This document shows, in pieces, positions 57,208-64,000 of a stretch of 64,000 nucleotides of DNA; the first letter of the stretch is position 1, and the number at the start of each line of letters is the position of its first letter. The stretch spans positions 1 through 64,000 of the forward strand of contig JBBRAE010000007.1 in assembly GCA_038207085.1 (NCBI GenBank), written 5' to 3'. The stretch comes from Armatimonadota bacterium. Lineage in GTDB: Bacteria; Armatimonadota; UBA5829; DTLH01. The notes under the pieces are model-generated. The model was not told where the DNA came from. It saw only the letters and a program-made list of their open reading frames with translations, and ran no database searches. Position numbers and translations under genes: made by a program.

Positions 57208-58127
57208 CAGCGTCCTCCTCTGACAGTATCGACAAACAGCTTCTCAAGGGTGCGGCGTCTGGGGTTGACCGAGACAAGCGTAGCATCGGACTTCAGCACC
57301 GCATCAACGACCTTATCGAGATTCTCAGAGGTCTCAAGGAATGCCGTAAGGCGACCAGCGTGAATCTCGCACTCAGCTACGTAGCCCTTGATCGCCGAAA
57401 CGAGCGCGTCACCGGCTCCGTCTGCAATGACTTCCATCTGCTGGGTAGTGAGAAGCTCTTTCACTGCGCCCTGCATAGCAAGCTTGCCACCCACCAGGAT
57501 CGACACCCGGTCGCCAATGGCTTCTATGTCTGAGAGCTGGTGAGAGCTTACAAACACTGTCTTTCCCTGCACCTTGAGGTCAAGAATCAGGTTGCAAATG
57601 TCTGCGTGCGCAATCGGGTCGAGGCCGGATGTCGGCTCATCGAGAAAGATCAGTTCCGGTTCGTTTAGCAGCGCCTGAGCGATACCGACGCGCTGGAGCA
57701 TACCCTTGGAGTATTGCCTGAGCGGTTTATCCGCTGCGTTTGTCATCCCGACGCGCGCCAGGAGATCGTCGACCAGCCCTTTGCGCGTGGATCTCGGGAT
57801 CTTGAACAAGTCTGCGTAAAAGTAGAGCACTTCCCGGGCGCTCATATACTCGTAAAAGTACGGGCTTTCCGGTAAATACGCGATGCGTTTCTTGACTTCG
57901 ATGTCTCCGGCCGGTTTGCCAAGCACCAAGGCTTTGCCGGTTGTCGGAAACAGAAGACCAAGGAGAACTTTGATGGTTGTAGTTTTGCCTGCTCCGTTCG
58001 GGCCAAGAAATCCGAAGATTTCGCCCTTCTCGACCGTCAGGTCGAGATTATCGACAGCGGTTAGTTCCCCGCCGAGCGGGTTTTTGTACCGCTTTGTCAG
58101 GCCCTGGATCTCAATGGCTGCAGCCAA
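57207..58127 (-). CDS. ABC transporter ATP-binding protein (PilH-like)
   Basis: GPNGAGKTT, YSKGM, LDEPTSGLDP and SSH. Confidence 0.95.
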   Translation of the reverse strand: MAAAIEIQGLTKRYKNPLGGELTAVDNLDLTVEKGEIFGFLGPNGAGKTTTIKVLLGLLFPTTGKALVLGKPAGDIEVKKRIAYLPESPYFYEYMSAREVLYFYADLFKIPRSTRKGLVDDLLARVGMTNAADKPLRQYSKGMLQRVGIAQALLNEPELIFLDEPTSGLDPIAHADICNLILDLKVQGKTVFVSSHQLSDIEAIGDRVSILVGGKLAMQGAVKELLTTQQMEVIADGAGDALVSAIKGYVAECEIHAGRLTAFLETSENLDKVVDAVLKSDATLVSVNPRRRTLEKLFVDTVRGGR

Positions 58128-58336
58128 GTCAATACCTCCAGAGAATTGTGTAATCTAAGATAAGCTGAGCGTTATGCCCGCGAAAGAGTATATCCTGCCC
58201 ACGAGAGGGTGTCAAGGAACAGACCACGCATTTTATCCAGCTCATCCTATTGTTATACGACGCAAACGCCCGCCCGGTTCCCGAGAATGGGAAAATGCAA
58301 AGCGTTAAATGATCAACACGATCACCTGTCCCTGCC

Positions 58337-58711
58337 TCATCTCGGCTGCGGGGCGGTTGGCCTTTCGTATGGAATCGGAATATATTCGACGCTTGGTCTG
58401 CGCGACGGCGACTGTGGGTAGAGTCGCATAAGCGTGTAGACCTCGTTCGGCATATCGGTCGTCACGTGGAGCTTCAACATTTCGGCTTCTTCGACGTCTA
58501 TGGGGTAATCGTGGGTCCACCTGCCTTCGGTGAGAATCCGAGCGACCTCATCGGCCTGAACTTCAGGCATTTTGTCCCTGAGGATATTGCGAACAAGCGC
58601 CTCGACCTGCCTTTGGGCCCTGGCAGCCATATCTGTGAGGATCAGGGTGCGATCATCGATCTCGTTAATCGGTTTTCGCTCGACTACTTGAAGAATAGAC
58701 GCCGCCGGAAG
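58337..58711 (-). pseudogene. C-terminal remnant of an SDH/ClpP-class serine protease
   Basis: LPAASIL..IDDRTLILTDMA..GRWTHDYPI..MRLYPQ..RPSVEYIP; an in-frame stop lies just upstream and the catalytic N-terminal part is missing. Confidence 0.8.
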
Positions 58712-58828
58712 TGAATGCTATATACCCATGTTGATGATGCCCGCCAGCCGAGTAGTAGTCACCATCCGAAGCTACTGCAACCGCCACCCAGCAACTAGCA
58801 ACTGACGACTAGCGACTATCCCGCGCTC

Positions 58829-58858
58829 TTGACGATGCACGCGCCAAATTGTTATACT
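58829..58858 (+). promoter_or_regulatory. Sigma70 promoter for accB-hom-thrC-purC
   Basis: TTGACG-18 bp-TATACT with an extended TG. Confidence 0.7.
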
Positions 58859-58888
58859 TGAGCTGAAAAATGGCCTTGTCAGGAGGAC

Positions 58889-58967
58889 TAGCCCACATTA
58901 TTCATGAGAAGCGTGGATAATGCTCTGCCAGCGAAAGCTTTATTCGCTTCACGAATAAAGCGGGCTA
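58889..58967. repeat. Double-hairpin MITE-like repeat, copy G
   Basis: TAGCCCACATTATTCATGAG..GCTTTATTCGCTTCACGAATAAAGCGGGCTA in the accB 5' UTR. Confidence 0.9.
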
Positions 58968-59008
58968 GCCAAACGTCCTTCTGTTTTTTGCATCTAAGGG
59001 AGAATACC

Positions 59009-59491
59009 TTGGCTGAAGACGTAAAACTCGAGCAGATCAAAGAGCTCGTCAAGCTCGTTGAAAAGCACCACCTCTCAGAGCTGACGGTCGAAGAGGACGG
59101 GGTTACGATCACCATCAAGGGCGTCGCCGGAGTAGCACAGCCTGCGCACGTCCCGACCGTTCAGGTGTCATCGCACGAGTACGAGACTGAATCCTTCGAG
59201 ACCGAAGAAGAACTCCTCGCGGAGCCCGAAGTCGACGAAAATATCGTCAAGATCGAGTCCCCGATGGTTGGAGTATTCTACAGATCGCCTTCGCCGGATG
59301 CGCCCTCGTTTATCGAAGTCGGCGACACTGTCGAAGTCGGCCAGACCGTAGGGCTGATCGAGGCTATGAAGGTCTTTAGCGAAATCCCATCGGAAGTCGC
59401 GGGAGTTGTCGCGGACATCCCCGCAGGAAACACCACGCTTGTCCAGGCAGGTCAGACGCTGGTGGTAATTCGACCATCGGAGGAGGCGTAA
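59009..59491 (+). CDS. accB: Acetyl-CoA carboxylase biotin carboxyl carrier protein
   Basis: IKELVKL..ELTVE, SPMVGVFYRSPSP and EAMK; TTG start after GGGAG. Confidence 0.93.
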   Translation: MAEDVKLEQIKELVKLVEKHHLSELTVEEDGVTITIKGVAGVAQPAHVPTVQVSSHEYETESFETEEELLAEPEVDENIVKIESPMVGVFYRSPSPDAPSFIEVGDTVEVGQTVGLIEAMKVFSEIPSEVAGVVADIPAGNTTLVQAGQTLVVIRPSEEA

Positions 59492-59495
59492 AGTC

Positions 59496-60785
59496 ATGAA
59501 GTCCCAGATCAATGTAGGGATAATCGGGTTTGGAATCGTTGGCTGCGGCGCCTATCGCATTCTGACCGAGAACGCCGACCTCATCGAGCCGAAAGTGGGC
59601 TGCAAGGTCGTCGTCAAGCAGATTGCCGATCTTGAGTTCGACAAGCCGCGCCCAGTCGAGTTCGATCGAAGCCTCTGCACCACCAACGCAAAAGAATTGC
59701 TGAATAACCCCGAGATCGATATTGTAGTCGAGCTTATGGGCGGCGTGAACCCGGCCTATGCCTTCCTGATGGAAGCGATCAAAAACGGCAAGCACGTCGT
59801 CACCGCGAACAAAGAGCTTATCGCAAAGAAAGGCCACGATCTTCTGGTCGAAGCTGGTGAGCGCAAGCAGGACTTCTTCTTTGAGGCAAGCGTCGGCGGC
59901 GGGATTCCGATCATCCGCCCGATGAAGCAGTGCCTTGCGGGTAACCGCATCAAAGAGATCAAGGGCATCGTCAACGGCACGACCAACTACATTCTCACCC
60001 GAATGGCTGAAGAAGGCAGGGACTACGCCGAAGTGATCGCCGACGCCCAGAGGCTCGGTTATGCCGAGGCCGACCCCACAAACGATGTCGACGGCCACGA
60101 CGCCGCTTACAAGATTTCGATTCTCGCGTCGATCGGCTTCACAAGCAGCGTAGACGTGACCAAAGTTTACCGCGAGGGCATCCGAAACATCACCCGGAAG
60201 GATATGGCCTACGCAAAAGAGCTCGGTTACGCGATCAAGCTCCTTGCAATCGCCAAAGATATCAACGGCCAGATGCAGATCAGGGTCCACCCCACGATGA
60301 TCTCCAAGAGCCATCCCCTCGCAAGCGTAAACGACGTGAACAACGCCATTTACATTACGGGCGACCCTATCGGCGACGTGATGTTCTTCGGCCCCGGCGC
60401 GGGCTCTGAGGCCGCCGGTAGCGCGGTTGTCGGCGACGTGATCGACATCGCGCGAAACATCAATTTCGGATCTACGGGACGCATCGCCTGCACCTGTTTT
60501 GAAGACAGGGTAATGCAGACGATGGACGACGTCTTGTGCAAGCATTACATTAGAACTCAGACAACTGACAAGCCGAAAGTGCTCGGCACCATCGCAAACG
60601 TCCTTGGTGAGAACAACGTAAGCCTCGCAAGCGTAATGCAGAAGGGCACGCGCGAAGACGGGACTGCAGAAGTCATCTGGGTCACGCACACCGCACCCGA
60701 GCCGAGTGTTCGCAAATCGCTAGAAACCATCAAGGCGCTCGACGTGGTAAGCGAAGTTTCGAGCTGGATCAGGGTTGAGGACTAG
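59496..60785 (+). CDS. hom: Homoserine dehydrogenase with C-terminal ACT domain
   Basis: GFGIVG, HVVTANK, EASVGGGIP, NGTTNYIL and GYAEADP. Confidence 0.97.
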   Translation: MKSQINVGIIGFGIVGCGAYRILTENADLIEPKVGCKVVVKQIADLEFDKPRPVEFDRSLCTTNAKELLNNPEIDIVVELMGGVNPAYAFLMEAIKNGKHVVTANKELIAKKGHDLLVEAGERKQDFFFEASVGGGIPIIRPMKQCLAGNRIKEIKGIVNGTTNYILTRMAEEGRDYAEVIADAQRLGYAEADPTNDVDGHDAAYKISILASIGFTSSVDVTKVYREGIRNITRKDMAYAKELGYAIKLLAIAKDINGQMQIRVHPTMISKSHPLASVNDVNNAIYITGDPIGDVMFFGPGAGSEAAGSAVVGDVIDIARNINFGSTGRIACTCFEDRVMQTMDDVLCKHYIRTQTTDKPKVLGTIANVLGENNVSLASVMQKGTREDGTAEVIWVTHTAPEPSVRKSLETIKALDVVSEVSSWIRVED

Positions 60786-60798
60786 ATAGGATAAACAA

Positions 60799-61875
60799 AT
60801 GGTAATGGAAGCAACACGCGCGGGTCGCATCCCGCTCATTGAACGCTACAGGAAGTATCTCCCGGTAACGGCGAGCACTCCTGTCATATCGCTCATGGAA
60901 GGCGACACTCCGCTCATTCGTGCCGACCGTCTCGCCAAAGCGATCGACCCGAAGCTCACCATTTACCTGAAATACGAAGGACTGAACCCGACCGGGTCAT
61001 TCAAAGACCGCGGTATGACGATGGCTATCACCAAAGCCGTCGAAGCGGGCTCCAAAGCCGTTATGTGCGCATCGACGGGCAACACCGCCGCCGCCGCCGC
61101 CGCCTATTCGGCCCGAGCCGGGCTGACATGCGCCGTGCTTCTCCCCAAGGGTGAAGTCGCGCTCGGCAAGGTGAGCCAGTCGATGATGCACGGCGCGAAG
61201 GTGATCGCCGTCACCGGCAACTTCGACGACGCGCTCCAGGCTGTTCTCGACATCACGAGCAACTATCCCGTGACCTTGGTCAACTCGCTAAACCCCTATA
61301 GAATTGAAGGCCAAAAGACGGGCTCTTTCGAGATCATCGACGTGCTCGGCGACGCCCCGACCTACCACGCGATCCCCGTCGGCAACGCCGGGAACATAAC
61401 GGCGTATTGGAAGGGCTACAAAGAGTATTTCGCAGAGGGCAGATCGACCCATCTGCCGAAGATGCTCGGTTTCCAGGCCGCCGGAAGCGCCCCGATCGTC
61501 CACGGGTTCCCGATTAAAGAGCCTGAGACGCTCGCAACCGCCATTCGAATTGGTAACCCCGCGAGCTGGAAGACCGCTGTCGAGGCGCGCGATGAGTCTG
61601 GCGGACTGATCGATATGGTGACCGACGACGAGATCATCGAGGCCTACAAGATGCTCGCAAGCCTTGAGGGTGTCTTCTGCGAGCCCGCATCGGCCGCATC
61701 GGTCGCAGGAATCATAAAGAAAGCTGCACAGGGATATTTCACAGAGGAAGCGACGGTCGTCTGCGTGCTAACCGGGCACGGCCTGAAGGACCCGAACCGA
61801 GCTGTTTCGGTCTCCCCTGGACTGATCGAGCTTCCCGCCAATGCTGAAGCTATTGTAGGAGAACTTGGACTATGA
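60799..61875 (+). CDS. thrC: Threonine synthase
   Basis: EGLNPTGSFKDRG, CASTGNT, PVGNAGN and LTGHGLKDP. Confidence 0.96.
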   Translation: MVMEATRAGRIPLIERYRKYLPVTASTPVISLMEGDTPLIRADRLAKAIDPKLTIYLKYEGLNPTGSFKDRGMTMAITKAVEAGSKAVMCASTGNTAAAAAAYSARAGLTCAVLLPKGEVALGKVSQSMMHGAKVIAVTGNFDDALQAVLDITSNYPVTLVNSLNPYRIEGQKTGSFEIIDVLGDAPTYHAIPVGNAGNITAYWKGYKEYFAEGRSTHLPKMLGFQAAGSAPIVHGFPIKEPETLATAIRIGNPASWKTAVEARDESGGLIDMVTDDEIIEAYKMLASLEGVFCEPASAASVAGIIKKAAQGYFTEEATVVCVLTGHGLKDPNRAVSVSPGLIELPANAEAIVGELGL

Positions 61876-62810
61876 CGCTCGTTAGATCGACTGACATTCC
61901 CGGGCTGAAGAAGCACATCACGGGCAAAGTTCGCGACGTTTACGACCTTGGGGACTCACTTCTGCTCGTCGCAAGCGACAGGCTTTCGGCGTTTGACGTA
62001 GTGCTCCCCGGCGGAGTCGCTGATAAGGGCCGCGTGCTCACCCAGATTTCGGTGTTCTGGTTTGAGATGACCAAAGACATCGTCGAAAACCACGTCATCA
62101 CCACCGACGCCGACGAGATCGTCGGGTACCTGAAAGAAGCCGGAGTCGCCGACGCAGAGCAGTATCGCGATATGCTCGACGGTCGCGCGATGCTCGGCAA
62201 GAAGGCCCAGGGCGTCCCGATCGAGTGCATCGTCCGTGGCTACCTCGCAGGGTCAGGCTGGAAAGACTACCAGGCGCTCGTCGCCGCATCAAACGGCGCT
62301 GAGACCGTCACTCTTCACGGTGTAACGCTGCCTTCCAGCATGGTAGAGTCCCAGCAGATGCCCGAGCCCGCGTTCACACCGTCAACCAAGGCCTCAAGCG
62401 GCCACGATGAGAATATCAGCGCCGATAAGGCCCGTGAGATCGTCGGAAAAGAGCTTGTGGATGAGCTTGAGCGCCTGAGCCTTGCGATCTACAAGAAGGC
62501 TTCGGAGTACGCCCGCGAGCGCGGTATCATCATCTGCGACACCAAGTTCGAATTCGGCATCCGCGACGGCAAGGTGATCCTGATCGACGAGGTGCTGACC
62601 CCGGACTCCTCCCGATTCTGGGCTGAAGCCGACTACGTCCCAGGCAAGAGCCAGGACGCCTTCGACAAGCAGTTCGTTCGGGATTATCTGGAAACGCTCG
62701 ACTGGGACAAGACCTACCCCGGCCCCGAACTCCCCGAAGACGTGGTGAACAACACCCGGGCAAGGTATCTTGAAGCTTACAAGAGACTCGTCGGGAAAGA
62801 ACTTATATAG
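61872..62810 (+). CDS. purC: SAICAR synthase
   Basis: GKVRDVY, SDRLSAFD, ECIVRGY, DTKFEFG and DEVLTPDSSRFW. Confidence 0.97.
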   Translation: MTLVRSTDIPGLKKHITGKVRDVYDLGDSLLLVASDRLSAFDVVLPGGVADKGRVLTQISVFWFEMTKDIVENHVITTDADEIVGYLKEAGVADAEQYRDMLDGRAMLGKKAQGVPIECIVRGYLAGSGWKDYQALVAASNGAETVTLHGVTLPSSMVESQQMPEPAFTPSTKASSGHDENISADKAREIVGKELVDELERLSLAIYKKASEYARERGIIICDTKFEFGIRDGKVILIDEVLTPDSSRFWAEADYVPGKSQDAFDKQFVRDYLETLDWDKTYPGPELPEDVVNNTRARYLEAYKRLVGKELI

Positions 62811-62824
62811 TAGACTAAAATGCG

Positions 62825-62852
62825 AAAGGCCGGCCAGGCGCCGGCCTTTTTT
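62825..62852 (+). terminator. Intrinsic terminator after purC
   Basis: AAAGGCCGGC-CAGGC-GCCGGCCTTTTTT. Confidence 0.8.
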
Positions 62853-62866
62853 GCGTACGTGTGCGG

Positions 62867-63067
62867 CTAATACTGCTCTTCGTGCATCTTCTCGGGGTTC
62901 TGCCCCTGGTGCGTGTTGTGCGTATAGGTGTTGCAGTCGGCGTGATCCCGGTGGAACATCACGTGAACTGCCTCAGCCACGCACTTCGTGTCCTTGTTGT
63001 ATGAACAATCCTGAGCTGAACAGAGCACTACCTTCCCTGAAGTGCCCATCTGTGTTGGGGATTCCAT
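62867..63067 (-). CDS. DUF1540-like small Cys-rich protein
   Basis: CSAQDCSYN....C.AEAV.......DCNTY; GAGGTG RBS. Confidence 0.8.
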   Translation of the reverse strand: MESPTQMGTSGKVVLCSAQDCSYNKDTKCVAEAVHVMFHRDHADCNTYTHNTHQGQNPEKMHEEQY

Positions 63068-63222
63068 TATCCGTCACCTCTGAGAAATAGATTCATAACA
63101 CACCCGAAATGGCCCAGTCGATTTGGTTAGTACCCTGACCTACTATCCCCCAAACTACCCCAATAGATTTGACATTTGACCACCCCCGAAAAAATGCGTG
63201 ACTTTTTATACAATAACACCCA

Positions 63223-63251
63223 TTTACAAATCAATGCCTGCATGCTATAAT
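63223..63251 (+). promoter_or_regulatory. Promoter for the cold-shock gene, giving a 5' UTR of about 130 nt
   Basis: TTTACA-17 bp-TATAAT with an extended TG. Confidence 0.7.
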
Positions 63252-63385
63252 CCGGTCGTGTCCATGATAGAAGGACAGAAATATCGAGAACGTTAAAGGC
63301 AAGGTACCGCAAATGTGTAGTGAGCGTGCTGGCCACGTCTCCAATCCGGCTCTTGCATTTGGCGTGAAGAGAAGGAGGGTTGGGG

Positions 63386-63589
63386 ATGCAAAACGGAACT
63401 GTAAAATGGTTCAGTGACGCGAAGGGCTACGGATTCATCGCTACCAACGAGGATAAAGATGTATTCGTACACTTCTCGGCCATCAATGGCGAAGGCCGTA
63501 AGACCCTGTTCGAGGGTCAATCGGTTGAGTTCGAAATCGCCGATGGCCCCAAGGGCCCGCAAGCGGCAAACGTATCTGTTCTTGGTTAA
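63386..63589 (+). CDS. csp: Cold-shock protein
   Basis: [21 protein letters not shown] and GPQAANV. Confidence 0.97.
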   Translation: MQNGTVKWFSDAKGYGFIATNEDKDVFVHFSAINGEGRKTLFEGQSVEFEIADGPKGPQAANVSVLG

Positions 63590-63605
63590 CAACAGATAGC
63601 ACACC

Positions 63606-63633
63606 AAGCCCCTGCAGAACACCGCGGGGGCTT
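63606..63633. terminator. Hairpin between csp and comF
   Basis: AAGCCCC..GGGGCTT. Confidence 0.6.
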
Positions 63634-63662
63634 ATCCAGATATCTACTACTGCGACACTACC

Positions 63663-64000
63663 TCAGACACTCCTAGCGACCGTCACGACGTGCACCTCTT
63701 TCGCTCCCGCTTCCCTCAGAGCAAAAGCCGCTGATTCCGCAGTGCTCCCTGTTGTAAGAACGTCGTCGATCAGCATCACGTTCCGCCCATCCACCGCGTC
63801 TCGCCTCTTGACTGAGAACGCGCCAATCACATTTTCCATTCTCCGCTCAAGCGAAAGACCCACCTGCGCCACGCCCGACTTCGACCGCACGAGCACACCC
63901 GTCAGCACCGGCAGCGCAAGGACTCGCCCCACTTCTTTTGCGATCAACTCCGACTGGTTAAACCCGCGTTGACGCTCCTTTGCAGGATGCATCGGCACAG
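63663..64000 (-). CDS. comF: ComF family phosphoribosyltransferase-like protein, 3' part
   Basis: VPMH...RGFNQSELIA and LIDDVLTTGST. Confidence 0.93.
   Translation of the reverse strand, partial: VPMHPAKERQRGFNQSELIAKEVGRVLALPVLTGVLVRSKSGVAQVGLSLERRMENVIGAFSVKRRDAVDGRNVMLIDDVLTTGSTAESAAFALREAGAKEVHVVTVARSV

Noticed and set aside
58904..59008. N-terminal extension of AccB
   Set aside because: It comes from reading through the repeat element; the TTG at 59009 has an RBS.
59376..60689. 437-aa minus-strand ORF
   Set aside because: Antisense shadow of hom.

Overview
A GC-rich bacterial chromosomal window, mostly housekeeping and motility genes. Gene content (long Alu-type SRP RNA and FliW together with flagellar L/P rings) suggests a diderm Terrabacteria lineage such as Armatimonadota; this is an inference. 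From left to right it contains: the 5' end of tuf with tRNA-Thr/Tyr/Thr, a VanW protein, a GH94 phosphorylase, a collapsed exopolysaccharide-cluster pseudogene mosaic, a CPBP protease, a beta-barrel protein, an ECF sigma/anti-sigma pair, a NUDIX hydrolase, a complete trpEGDCFBA operon with a candidate Trp leader peptide/attenuator, deoC-recO, GH63-like and GH130 enzymes, a glutaredoxin-trxB-LolA/TlpA run, an M48 peptidase, an unusual sugar ABC pair (binding protein fused to a permease, and a permease with a repeat-rich insert), a late flagellar cluster (flgFGAHIJMNKL-fliW-fliC-fliD-fliS-fliT-like, no csrA), mtlD, cdd, mutS2, ybaB, dnaX, ffs, an ABC/TPR trio, accB-hom-thrC-purC, DUF1540, a cold-shock protein and part of comF. 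The intergenic DNA carries several repeat families: a 7-copy double-hairpin MITE-like element that often overlaps stop codons, an IS5-like MITE with 3-bp TWA duplications, GTAG-type REPs, heptamer arrays, and a recurring hairpin just upstream of the RBS of three unrelated genes. No CRISPR array, prophage or intact transposase was seen. All calls come from motif recognition by eye; no database searches were run.
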